Source: Obrimoposthia wandeli | Lineage: Eukaryota | Assembly (NCBI GenBank): GCA_977020255.1 | Contig: CDROCS010004142.1 | Location: forward strand, 1 to 64,000 | DNA length: 64,000 nucleotides | Reading direction: 5' to 3' | Shown here: positions 18,933 to 30,092 of the stretch, piece after piece | Layout of the letters: every line of letters begins with the position of its first letter | Position numbering within the stretch: position 1 is the stretch's first letter | Made by a program: the position numbers and the translations under genes | The notes under the pieces: model-generated | The model's database searches: none | Told to the model about the DNA's origin: nothing | The model's input: the letters and a program-made list of their open reading frames with translations, nothing else

Positions 18933-19781
18933 ATGGATAGCCCCCGTCAGCTGAGTGAGTTATTTAAGCAATTTGTAGAAAGTGCGCCTATTCTATTTTT
19001 CTCAGTAGATTGTCATCTCAACTATACTTATATAAGCCCTTTTTTTGCCCAGACTCATCACGTCTCTCAGGATGAGGCTGTCGGGAAGAATATTATAGAT
19101 GTGATTGGCAAAATAGGATATGAAGCTAACTTACACCGCTACCAGGAAGCTCTCGCGGGAGAGGTAATCACTTTTAACTCGTATTTCACCAAACTTGGCT
19201 GTGAAATCCAATACTACACTGGAATATACACTCCATTACAAGGGGATGGCGCAATAAAGGGTTTTACAGGAGTCATCATTGATAAAACCGCAGAATTTAA
19301 ACTTGAGCAGGTTTCAAACACTGATTCGCTCACTCGTATATGTAACCGTAGAAAGTTTGAATCACAGCTAATTAAAAAGCTAAATTCTGATTGTGTGACC
19401 TGTTTGTTAATTGTTGATATAGATTATTTTAAAAAAATCAACGATGAACTGGGTCACGATGTGGGTGATCAAACATTGGTGACGCTTGCCTGTTTATTGA
19501 AGAAACTCACTTTCTCCAATGATGCTGTTTTTAGAGTTGGCGGTGAAGAATTTGCATTTTTACTAGAAGGAATTTCAGATAAACAATCTTTACGTGAGCG
19601 TGCTGATGAAATCTGTAGCGGCATTGCGAGTAGTCAAATATTAACCGATAGAGTGATTACTATCAGTATTGGCGCCATTATCATTAGAGAAGATGATACC
19701 CGTGAAACAGCCCTCAAACGTGCTGATATTGCTTTGTATCACGCAAAAACGATAGGCAGAAACCAAGCCTGTATTGCCTAG
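18933..19781 (+). CDS. PAS-GGDEF diguanylate cyclase
   Basis: PAS-like N-terminus; DSLT.I.NRR, DID.FK.IND..GH..GD and RVGGEEF. Confidence 0.92.
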   Translation: MDSPRQLSELFKQFVESAPILFFSVDCHLNYTYISPFFAQTHHVSQDEAVGKNIIDVIGKIGYEANLHRYQEALAGEVITFNSYFTKLGCEIQYYTGIYTPLQGDGAIKGFTGVIIDKTAEFKLEQVSNTDSLTRICNRRKFESQLIKKLNSDCVTCLLIVDIDYFKKINDELGHDVGDQTLVTLACLLKKLTFSNDAVFRVGGEEFAFLLEGISDKQSLRERADEICSGIASSQILTDRVITISIGAIIIREDDTRETALKRADIALYHAKTIGRNQACIA

Positions 19782-20025
19782 CAATAACTCCACCACTGTT
19801 ACTTTAATTAACGGTCACGTTTTGTAACCACTCAAAACCCTTTTTTGGTGTATCTCGCTGAGTTTTCCTATTACTGCATAGATCATTAGAAACTGGCGAA
19901 AAGATATTTTACCGGTTTTCTCAAACGTGGGCGAAAATCATTGTATTTCAATTACTTGTTTGCAGCCTAGATTATTTGCGCTGTTTTGTTAAACTCCCAG
20001 TATCATTTTTGTATAGGTCTAAGGC

Positions 20026-21018
20026 ATGCAATATATTCAACTAGGTAAATCAGGTCTTAAAGTTTCGCCATTGTGCTTAGGCACGATGATGTTTGGTGGG
20101 CGCACCGATAAAAATGTAAGTCAGCAAATTGTTGATAGCGCTATGGTTGCAGGTATTAACTTTATCGATACTGCTGATGTATACAATGACGGTGTATCAG
20201 AGGAGATCACCGGAGGCTTGATTAAATCGGCTCGTCACGATTGGGTGCTCGCGACAAAAGTGGGCAATGCTATGGGAGAGGGGGCAAATAATAAAGGCTT
20301 AAGCCGCAAGTGGTTGATGCAAGCAGCTGATGATAGTTTGCGTCGCTTAGACACCGATTATATAGACATATATTACTTACACCGTGAAGATTTGGATACG
20401 CCATTGCGAGAAACGATAGGCGCAATCGGTGATTTAATTAGGCAAGGTAAAATTCGTTATTTTGGTTTGAGTAACTTTCGAGCTTGGCGTGTGGCCGAGG
20501 TCATTCGATTATAATGATGAATGTACTGCCAACGTGGGTATTACAATGCACTTAATCGCATGCCAGAAATAGAGCATTTGCCCGCATGTGAGCATTATGG
20601 AATTGGAGTTTTTTCTTATAGCCCGTTAGCCAGAGGTGTACTAACAGGTAAATACTTACCTAAACAAATAGCACCTGAAAATACGAGAGCAGGCCAAAAA
20701 GATACCCGTATTTTACAAACCGAATGGCGTGAGGAATCACTGGAAATAGCTCAACAAATTAAGCTGCATGCCATAGAGAAGGGGATAACGGCTGGGCAGT
20801 TCGCGCTATCTTGGGTATTAAATAATCGTTTGATTAGCGGTGCTATTGCTGGGCCGAGAACGATGGAGCAATGGGATGAATACTTAGCAGCACTTCATTA
20901 TCAGTTTAGTAAAGCAGATGAAGCGTTAATTGATAAGTTGGTCATTACGGGGCACTCTTCTACAGCGGGTTATAATGACCCTGCTTATCCTTTAGTGGGG
21001 CGGATCTCAAAAGTGTAG
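20026..21018 (+). pseudogene. Aldo/keto reductase, split near 20510-20535
   Basis: LG.SGLKVS.LCLGTM, FIDTAD.Y and DYIDIYYLH in the first ORF; YYNALNR.PE and YSPLARG in the second. Confidence 0.88.
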
Positions 21019-21237
21019 GCGCACAATAAATGACGGCTCTTAGCGTTATTATATAAGAGCCGCCTAAAAAGTATGATCAATTACAATGAATAGGCGTATG
21101 GCAAATAAATTGTAATGGGGCACTTGTTAAAAATGATAAGAAAATAGTTTTTATTTACAGGTAACCTTCGCTTTGTTATTGATATTAGTTCTCATTAAAC
21201 GTACTCTGTTACTAAGCTAATCATTGATAGTAACTCC

Positions 21238-22506
21238 ATGAAAGATAACTCAATTACTCGTGTTAAACAGGCATTTTTTCAAAACTCAGCAGCTACTATC
21301 GCTAGCATTATTATTGGATTTTCATTCAAGATTTGGCTAGCGCATGAAGTCGCTAAAAGTGATTTGGCACTTTTTAACACCGTTATAGATGTCATTTTAT
21401 TAGCGTTGATTTTGATGACGGGCTTTAGATCTTCAATGGTCGTGACTTACTCGCAAATCAAAAACGATAGAGACATCATTAACGTTTTTCGCTTCAGTTT
21501 ATTAGCCATGGTGTTGTTTACTTGGGGTATTGTTTTACCTTATATAAAATACAAGATGCATTTAGATATAAGCTACTTTCAGTTTGTTGCTATTATTTTG
21601 GCCATTGGTCTTAAAGTGTATTTTACCAATTTAATTGCCATGTACCGGCTGTATACCATTCTCAATAAGGTCACCTGGCTAGAACCTGTTAGCAATGTAA
21701 TATGTTTCACCGTTTGTTACTTCTTACTGGGCTTTCCTCCCTTAGAATCGTTATTCTTAGGCTTAACGCTCTCCTCTTTGTTTGTAGCTGGGTTCATGTA
21801 CAGACACCGCAATAAAACGATCTCAACTAGATCGTTGAATAAAGTGACGCTCAACCCCGAAATAGTCGGTTTTATTAAAAAGAGTTTTATTGCAGCGTTG
21901 GAAGCAGCGAGCAGTATTTTAATGATTTATATAACGATTCTATTAACCGTTAATCATTTTAGTATTGATGAATTAGGTGATTTTCAAGTCGTTGTGCGAC
22001 CTATCTTCACTTATTTGACCTTGTTACTGGTGTTCCCCATTTATAAGTTTGTATTACCCGAGCTGGCTGTTTGTGTACGCAATAACGATATTGACCAAAT
22101 AAATAAAATGAAATACTGGGTTTATAAATTGGCCATCAGTTTTAGTGTTGGCTTTTTTATTATTATGCTGTTTTTTGCAGATACGATTGTCGATGTACTT
22201 TTTTCAGATAACTATATTGGTGCCGTGCCGGTATTGATTCATTTCTCAGTCTTTTTTGTTTTTATGATGCTAAATGCTTTTCAACTGGCATACATAAAAG
22301 CCAATGGTTTTTTCTTACAGAGCTTAATAATCCGTATAGCGGGCATCGTGACGTTAGTCAGCTCTTTCTATTTCTATATGCAATTCACTCAAAACGTGGT
22401 GTCTATCATTAGTGCGTTAGGCACTGGGTATTTAACAATGTTTCTATTTTCATCTATCGTTGAAAGAAGAATACTTAAAAATAGCGGTGAAAAAATTATT
22501 ATTTAA
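21238..22506 (+). CDS. MOP-superfamily flippase/MATE-like membrane protein
   Basis: 422 aa with about 12 hydrophobic segments; family inferred from topology. Confidence 0.6.
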   Translation: MKDNSITRVKQAFFQNSAATIASIIIGFSFKIWLAHEVAKSDLALFNTVIDVILLALILMTGFRSSMVVTYSQIKNDRDIINVFRFSLLAMVLFTWGIVLPYIKYKMHLDISYFQFVAIILAIGLKVYFTNLIAMYRLYTILNKVTWLEPVSNVICFTVCYFLLGFPPLESLFLGLTLSSLFVAGFMYRHRNKTISTRSLNKVTLNPEIVGFIKKSFIAALEAASSILMIYITILLTVNHFSIDELGDFQVVVRPIFTYLTLLLVFPIYKFVLPELAVCVRNNDIDQINKMKYWVYKLAISFSVGFFIIMLFFADTIVDVLFSDNYIGAVPVLIHFSVFFVFMMLNAFQLAYIKANGFFLQSLIIRIAGIVTLVSSFYFYMQFTQNVVSIISALGTGYLTMFLFSSIVERRILKNSGEKIII

Positions 22507-22773
22507 GCGCTTAAAAGCTAACTAATAAACTATAAGAGAGGCTCTTTTAAACAAATAAAGCATAAGATACTCAATGCTTGACCCAAGGGTGTTGATTAGT
22601 TAGTAAACAAGTTAAAGAACCTACTAAAGCGCTCGTCTGCGAGCTTGTTTGTGCATGAGTACTAACTATCGCTCAATATGTATTACACACACTTCAATGT
22701 AGTGCTAATTAATGTAATAGTGTGCTCATTAAAGTGGCATGAAAAATCGGTTACATTCTTTTAGGTATCATTT

Positions 22774-23058
22774 ATGAATTTGGATAAATCAACAAAACGT
22801 ATAGCAAAGAGAGTTAAAAAGGGGTTTCAAGGTTACCCTCAAATTTCAATTGCCTATTTTGGTGAAACGACTGAATGCGCGACCCAAGTGGTGGTAGGTT
22901 TTGTATCACAAGAGGGTGCGGTGGCTGATGAGCAGAAATTAGCGAGTAAGGTTGATGCGAGAAAAGATGAAGCGATTCAAACTATTCTATTAAAAATTAT
23001 TGAGCGTGCAGATGCCAAAACTGTTTTACAAATTGAAGGCGTTTCTATTCTTAAATGA
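22774..23058 (+). CDS. Conserved hypothetical protein
   Basis: 94-aa intact ORF MNLDKSTKRIAKRVKKGFQGYP... Confidence 0.7.
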   Translation: MNLDKSTKRIAKRVKKGFQGYPQISIAYFGETTECATQVVVGFVSQEGAVADEQKLASKVDARKDEAIQTILLKIIERADAKTVLQIEGVSILK

Positions 23059-23201
23059 TTCTGAGTTAGAGTAAAAACAGGCTTTATTCAGGCATTCTAT
23101 AAATGCTTTAACAGCGGTGCCTTATATCTTGAGCGTACCTTGTTTTGAGCTAGTTATTAATCAAGGCTGTGGCTGTATTAGGTTAGTGATTAGTATTGTG
23201 T

Positions 23202-25118
23202 TTAGTCATCCATATTAGAGGCTAACTTTCTAAAGTGCTGTTTAGCAAATTCTTCAGGCCTAACCGGTTTTCCATAGTAGTAACCTTGGAAAATATCTGC
23301 ACAGACACTTCTTACAAAATCTGCTTGTTCAATGTTTTCTATACCCTCAGCCACAACGGCTAACCCTAAACTGTTTGCCATTGACACGATGGCGCTGACT
23401 AAATGTTGAGATTTTTCTGATTTTTCAACATCTAAGATAAAACTGCGGTCAATTTTTACGGTACTAAAAGGAAACTTATTTAAATAACTTAATGAAGAGT
23501 AGCCGGTACCAAAGTCATCTAATGAGATGTTGATGCCCATTTCTTTCATTTTTTCTAAGGCTAATAAAGTATCTTGTTCATCGTCGAAAAAAACATTTTC
23601 AGTTAGCTCAACTTCTAAGCATGAAGCGGGTACTTGATAGCGAGTGAGCAGTTGTTCAATGCGCGTTGATAATTGGCTATCTTTAAACTGTATGGGTGAT
23701 AAGTTAACGGCGATATAAAACTTATCGTCATAGCTTTTTCCCCAGCGCGATAGTTGCTCTATCGCTGCGCGCAAAACATAATAACCTAGCTCGTGAATTA
23801 ACCCTGAGTGCTCAGCTACACCAATAAATTTGTCAGGCGGTACTCGTCCTAAAACGGGGCTTTCCCAACGCAATAAAGCTTCAGCACCGACAATTTTTCC
23901 ACTTTTTATTGCAGTAAAAGGTTGGTATTCCAAATGAAACTCATTGTTTTCTAAAGCATTAAACATTAATGCTTCCATTTGCATTTTGTCTGTTAACTGA
24001 GATTGCAAATGACTAGCGTAAAATTCAAAACAGCTTTTTTTATCAAAGCAAGTACTCGTTGCTACACTGGCATGTCTTAATAGATCCATAAAATTTTCAT
24101 TGTTATCGTTAAAAGATATGCCAATATTGATATTCACATTAAATTGTTTACCATCAATATTGACTTTTCCTTGTAACTTTTTAGACAATAAATTAGCAAT
24201 CTTTATTGCCTCATCTACGAAATCATCTTTTTGCGAAAGCAGTAGAATGCCGAATTCACCTTCGCTTAAACAGGCAATATATATATCTTTGATTTTTAAA
24301 CGCGTTAGTCTGCGGGCTATTAATACTTTAAGTCGGTTGCATAACAATATGCCTAAACGGTCACGTATTGATATAAAGTTGTGGATACGAATGTGTAGCA
24401 GGCCAAGGTTCTTTAAGCCTCTGCTGTGTTCTCGTGTGTAAATAGCTTCAATTTGATTAGTATTGGGTAAGCCTGTCTCTTTATCTCTATTTTTTTGTCG
24501 CTCAATCGTTAATTCTGCTGTGGTTTGTTTATCGACAAGTGAGGTGAGGGTGTTGTTTATTTCTTGTAGCTGATCGGTACGAATGGAAATCTGTTTTTCT
24601 AAAAAATTTTGCTCCATTATCAAAGCAAGGTTAGTTTCAATCGACTTTTGAAATAATTTTAGTAAATTCTTTTGGGTAGGATCGTAGCCATTGGTTTTAT
24701 TATCTAGCATGCAAATAGTGCCAAACGCGTCTCCTGAAGGCCAATTGAGCGGAATGCCATAATATGAAATCATGCCCAGTGCTATGTCGGGATTTTTATC
24801 CCAATCAGGGTCTTCTAATGCGTTGCTGACTAATAGCTCAGATTGAGTATCAATGACAGTTTCACAGTAAAGCTCGCCTTTACAATGTTCACTGTCACCG
24901 ACAGAATAAGGGTTTTCTTCGTACGTGTTATTGCGGGTAAATACTTCTATTCTTTCTGCGTTCAAACGCATAATTAATGCAACGGGAATTTCTGCAACAG
25001 TACATAAATGATCTAATATCTCCTGCCATTGCTGTACATTGTCTGTCGGTACTTCTATCGATAAAGGTGCTTTTTTATTCATATTTTTCTCTATTATAGC
25101 TGTGTTGCTGAGCTTCAT
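23202..25118 (-). CDS. GAF-GGDEF(degenerate)-EAL c-di-GMP phosphodiesterase
   Basis: GAF (YCETVI...YYGIPL.WP.G..FGTICMLD); degenerate SEGEF; intact EALLRW and DDFGTGYSSL. Confidence 0.92.
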   Translation of the reverse strand: MKLSNTAIIEKNMNKKAPLSIEVPTDNVQQWQEILDHLCTVAEIPVALIMRLNAERIEVFTRNNTYEENPYSVGDSEHCKGELYCETVIDTQSELLVSNALEDPDWDKNPDIALGMISYYGIPLNWPSGDAFGTICMLDNKTNGYDPTQKNLLKLFQKSIETNLALIMEQNFLEKQISIRTDQLQEINNTLTSLVDKQTTAELTIERQKNRDKETGLPNTNQIEAIYTREHSRGLKNLGLLHIRIHNFISIRDRLGILLCNRLKVLIARRLTRLKIKDIYIACLSEGEFGILLLSQKDDFVDEAIKIANLLSKKLQGKVNIDGKQFNVNINIGISFNDNNENFMDLLRHASVATSTCFDKKSCFEFYASHLQSQLTDKMQMEALMFNALENNEFHLEYQPFTAIKSGKIVGAEALLRWESPVLGRVPPDKFIGVAEHSGLIHELGYYVLRAAIEQLSRWGKSYDDKFYIAVNLSPIQFKDSQLSTRIEQLLTRYQVPASCLEVELTENVFFDDEQDTLLALEKMKEMGINISLDDFGTGYSSLSYLNKFPFSTVKIDRSFILDVEKSEKSQHLVSAIVSMANSLGLAVVAEGIENIEQADFVRSVCADIFQGYYYGKPVRPEEFAKQHFRKLASNMDD

Positions 25119-25712
25119 TATGATGCTCTACATTGTTTTATTTATCGCAAACAACTATTTGATAATGTGATAAGAAAGAATAAGTTGATAAATTAACTCT
25201 AGCACAAAATTTGAACAAACAAGAATTTGGGTAATATATTTTCTCTGACTAATCAAAAGGAGAAGGTATAGAGCGCTTGTAAAAATTTAAATATAATTTT
25301 AGGCATAAGTTATTATTTAAGTCATATTTGATTCATCTATCTATCTATAAATTACGAACACTGTTGTTTTATCGCGCTTAATTGACTGAAATCCAGACAC
25401 CTCGTTCTAAAGTTATCATTGCCAAATAGCAACAGCAGTTCCTAGAGGATTGAGATTATTCTTGTCATAAATACAAATATGCATATGCAGCTATGTCGCG
25501 CTTGAAAATATTGGTAATTGATGTTTATTTGCGACAATAACTGCACATTAATCGCCTAAAAAATAGACAGGCAGGCATTGTTTCTTTAATTGAGATATAA
25601 GTGTTAATAACCAGTTCATGTAGAGAAATATCTATCATGTGTAAGGTTTAAATATTCGCATAACCTCAGGTAAATCCAAGGGTTTATCCTATCTTGATAA
25701 ATAGGAATAAAA

Positions 25713-27320
25713 ATGAATAATAAAAACGAAAATATATTAAGGCCAGACAATTTAGTTTCACCGTCAGGTCTGTTCAAGGGAATGAATAAGCCGATGGGAC
25801 TCATGTCTGTCCTGATGATTATTGGCTTTGTTCTTTTCACCATTCGAGATGTTGAAGTATCTAATGCCTTATTTACATCAGGTAAAAGTTTCATCCTTGG
25901 TACTATGGGTTGGTTCTATATTGTTACTGTCAATATCTCTCTATTTTTTGTCTTTTGGTTGATGTTTAGTCGCTTTGGAAATGTGAAGTTAGGTAAAGAT
26001 GACGATGAGCCTGATTTTTCGACCTTCTCTTGGATTGCCATGTTATTCAGTGCAGGCCTTGGAAGCGGTTTGATTTATTGGGGCGTAGCAGAACCAATGA
26101 CGCATATTCAAGGCAGCCCGTTTTTGGAGCAAGGGAGTATTGAAGCAGGTAGTCTTGCTGCCGCGGTTTCTGCTGTTTCGATAACGAGTTTTCATTGGGG
26201 GTTTCATGGTTGGGCTCTTTATGTTTTGGTTGGGCTATGTCTTGCCTATTTCTCTTATCGCAATGACTTACCGCTGACATTACGAACTGCTTTATACCCT
26301 GTTTTAAAAGAAAAAATTTACGGGCCTTGGGGTCATGCAATTGATTTGATAGGTGTGTTTGGTACAATTTTTGGTATAGCAACCTCTTTAGGCCTCGGCA
26401 TTAAACCCATTGCTGCAGGTCTAGATAACCTAGGCTGGCTTGACAATACACAATCCAATCAACTCATATTAATTGCAGTTATCACCTGCCTTGGTACTGC
26501 GTCAGCGGCATCTGGTGTAGGTAAAGGTGTACGCATATTAAGTGAGATGAACGTGATGGCAAGTCTCTTCTTGCTAATCTCATTCTTAGTTTTAGGTCCT
26601 ACTGCCTTCATTCTGGGAATAACCATTTCAGGGGCAGGAGACTATCTTTGGAATTTCATACCGATGGGTTTTTGGGTAGATGTTGAACCTGAAAGTAAAT
26701 GGCAAGGTTGGTGGACATTGTTTTACTGGGGCTGGTGGATAGCATGGTGCCCGTTTGTAGGTCTGTTTATTGCACGCGTCTCTAAAGGACGAACTATTCG
26801 CCAATTTTGTACCTGTGTACTGTTAATACCCACATCCGTCGTTATTTTATGGATGGGTATATTTGGAGGAGCAGCCACAGGTGTGGACTTGTTCAATCAA
26901 GCAGGAGTTGTTGAAGCCGTTAATGCTGACTACGCCACAGGTGTATTCAAAACACTGGCGGGTTTTGGCTATGATTGGCTAATTACGCCCATGACGATAC
27001 TCATCACATTATTGCTTATCTCTTGGTTTGTTACCTCTTCAGATTCAGGCACTTTGGTTATGTGCACCATGCTTTCAATGGGTGATGAACATCCGCCTAT
27101 TAAATTTAGAATATTTTGGGGACTTATTTCTGGCGTAGTCGCTATTATTTTGATGCTATCAGGTGGCCTGAGTGCACTGCAAACAGCATCAATTGTGGCG
27201 GGGTTACCGATCGCTTTTATCCTGCTTTTCATGGTGTACGGTATTATCAAAGCATTGCATGATGATTTTCCGCTAAAGAGCACCGAAGATAAGCAAAGTT
27301 TAAAGTTTCTAAACCGTTAA
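25713..27320 (+). CDS. BCCT family (betaine/carnitine/choline) transporter
   Basis: SWIAMLFSAG.G.GL..WG..EP, HWG.HGW..Y and WT.FYW.WW..W.PFVG.FIARVSKGRTIR. Confidence 0.95.
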   Translation: MNNKNENILRPDNLVSPSGLFKGMNKPMGLMSVLMIIGFVLFTIRDVEVSNALFTSGKSFILGTMGWFYIVTVNISLFFVFWLMFSRFGNVKLGKDDDEPDFSTFSWIAMLFSAGLGSGLIYWGVAEPMTHIQGSPFLEQGSIEAGSLAAAVSAVSITSFHWGFHGWALYVLVGLCLAYFSYRNDLPLTLRTALYPVLKEKIYGPWGHAIDLIGVFGTIFGIATSLGLGIKPIAAGLDNLGWLDNTQSNQLILIAVITCLGTASAASGVGKGVRILSEMNVMASLFLLISFLVLGPTAFILGITISGAGDYLWNFIPMGFWVDVEPESKWQGWWTLFYWGWWIAWCPFVGLFIARVSKGRTIRQFCTCVLLIPTSVVILWMGIFGGAATGVDLFNQAGVVEAVNADYATGVFKTLAGFGYDWLITPMTILITLLLISWFVTSSDSGTLVMCTMLSMGDEHPPIKFRIFWGLISGVVAIILMLSGGLSALQTASIVAGLPIAFILLFMVYGIIKALHDDFPLKSTEDKQSLKFLNR

Positions 27321-27340
27321 AATACATAAGCTGTTGAATA

Positions 27341-27369
27341 AAAGCCCTGAAGTATCAGGGCTTTTTTTT
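27341..27369 (+). terminator. Rho-independent terminator
   Basis: aaagccctga-agta-tcagggcttt followed by a T run. Confidence 0.88.
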
Positions 27370-27662
27370 GCAGATAAATAACTCAACTGTAGAGTGGTTT
27401 CAAGGCAAGCTATATAGAGAAAAGTGAATCGAGGGGTGATGTTTTAGAAGAAATTAAATCAAGATGTTAATGAATAAGTGTCAACAGCGCATTTATAAAA
27501 GCATCTTAGGTAGTTTTTTCAACCCATTAATTACACAAGTCATTTAGCTTAAGCATATTGCAGGTGTTGATTTTTACTTATATTTACATAGTGTTAGGTC
27601 GTAATTGTCTCATTGAGTCTAGCTTAAACGAAGCGCCCATCGTAAAGTTTGAGGCAAAGCTT

Positions 27663-29497
27663 TTATGTTTTTTTGAATGAATAAGGAAAATTAATAGTCA
27701 CTTCACTTCCTTTACCTAACCCACTGCGCCAATGAATGTTGCCATCAAGTAATACGACACGCTCTTTTAGGCTGACGAAGCCATACCCGTGCTCTTGGCT
27801 ATAGATATGTTCATCTTGTTGGTCGAAACCACTGCCATTATCCGCTACACAGAGTGTTACTCTACGTTTGTCTGTTAGCAGATTAACTGAAATTTCCTGC
27901 GCTTGACCGTGTTTAATGGCATTGAGCACACATTCTTGAAACATACGAAATACATGCACCTCACATTCTTTGCTTATTTTTATGCTATTGCTTTTAAATG
28001 TGATTTTAACATCATGGTTTTTTTCTATGTTTGAGCACTGTAAGGAAATAGCATTAACGATATCAGTTTTATCAATAATGACCGGATGTAAACCATTGAT
28101 TAAACGCCTTAAGCCTTGCACTCCATTATTGAGCTCTAAAAAGACTAAGTCTAAATGCTTTTCTTTATTAATAGTGCTCTTGGCTAGGTTGGCTTGTAGT
28201 TTTGCTGAGGCTAAAAATTGGCCAAGGCCATCGTGTAATTCACGCGCGATGGAATGTCTTACTTCTTCAATAATACCTACGATTCGAATAGACAGCTTTT
28301 TAAAATCAGTTCTTAGGTGAAGCATCTGTTGAAAGTAAGCAAAAAGTAATGCGTACCGGTAGAAAATACTGCCTAATTGAATGTTTCTGTGACCAAAAAA
28401 ATCCTCAGGTAACCACTGGCTGCGAATAGAAAAAGTGTAAATAACAATACCAAAAAATTGAGCGTAAGCCCCAATCCGCTTATAAACTATGCCTTTTATA
28501 GAGGCAAAAATTGAATAGAGAAAAAATGCTACGGTTTGAATATTCCATACATACCAACTCGCATTTTTAAGGGAAAATGGCATGGCAGGTAATAGCATCA
28601 CAGTGACATTAAAAGCCCAAATAATAGACATCAAAGTCACTAACTTTTTAGACAAATCGCGATACTGACTCCAAAAATACATGGCTGTGGTGTAAGGCAA
28701 GACCAGCATGGCTGTAAACATGGAAAAGTTGGTATTGATAAACTCAATTGAATAAACATAGTTAATATCGTGTGCTGAAGCACCCAAGAGCAAGAAAAAA
28801 CTAGTTGCGAGTAGCCATTTGAATTCAGGTATTGGATTAAAGGCTGTTTTGATTAGAATTGAAATGATCAATAAGTCAATGATGCCTAAAACGGCAAATA
28901 TCGTATCGATGGCGATTATAAGCTAGAATCTTATAATGCTTGCTGCAACAAAGGGAATTAAGTCACCGATCGAAAGCGGCTTTTGGTTATGCCTGCGCCT
29001 CCTGGAAACATAGCGCCCCAAGCTTCGCCGAAACCTACATTGGTTTTAATGGCTAAAACATTGTCACTGGCACGTAATAAATCCTCAGGAATTTTGTATA
29101 ACCGAGGCAAACTTTGCGGGTTAGTATGATAGAAATCCCATGCATCATAGGTTTGACCTAGGCCACCAATACGAACACCATTTAACCATGTGTCATCAGC
29201 GTGGCGAATAGTTTCTATTAACAAAGCAAGGTCTGCTGATGTTGGATTAACAAAATCAAAATGAAACCGATACCAACCTTTAACGGGTACACCATGATCT
29301 TGAAATAACAGCTTGGGAACAACCACCTTTTGCCATGCACTATCATCAAAAGTAGCAGTATGCCATTGAGGGGAATCGCCATTTTTAAAAGACCAGTCAC
29401 CGCTTAACTCGACTTGTTCAAAGGCCAGCGTACTGCTGCTTAACAAACAAAGAGTGCAAAATAGAAAACGAAATAAAAGCGGGTTAAGTTTCTTCAC
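27663..29497 (-). pseudogene. Membrane sensor histidine kinase (HisKA_3) with N-terminal sugar-binding jelly-roll domain, split
   Basis: 5' ORF has a signal peptide and LSGDW.F..GD...W...FDDSAW, WYR..F, D.TWLNG..IG; 3' ORF has TM helices, IARELHDGLGQ and DNGSGF; stop and frameshift at about 28900-28970. Confidence 0.8.
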
Positions 29498-30092
29498 TCA
29501 AACTCCTTATCATAAATACTGGGTCTTTAAGTTAAGTATTTACTGCAAATAATGGTTTAGAGATTCTGCTATTGGCTTAAAAATCAGGTGGCTGCGAAAG
29601 CTTTTATAATGTGATGAAAATACACAGAGTGTCGCTTTTGCTTACCGATCTTTTTAATACTACAGCATTTAGCAATAATTATATTGGCGCACATATCGCA
29701 GGCTAATCTATCAATATAATGAAAAATATTTTCTGAGGTAACTGTCTTTAACGACAGGTATAACAGGATAATACATCTATTTTTTCATTTAGATATTGTT
29801 AGTAGCGTTCCTTTTATTTGAAGCTTACCTGATTGACATTATTAAGACCATGCGCCGCATATCGCATTGAAGCAGCCTTTAGTATTTGCTGAAGCAGATG
29901 AAATTACCAGTATAACCTGGTTGTTTAATAAACAGCGTAGCTTCTGGCAAGCTTACTTTACATACTGAAAATTGAGACTATTCTTTATCTTAGAGAAATA
30001 TTATTTGTTGAATTCTTGTTAGCATCGGACATCCGTTTTCTGCTAGCAATTACCTGAATATAGGTGGATTCAACGTGAGATTAAGGATTCCT

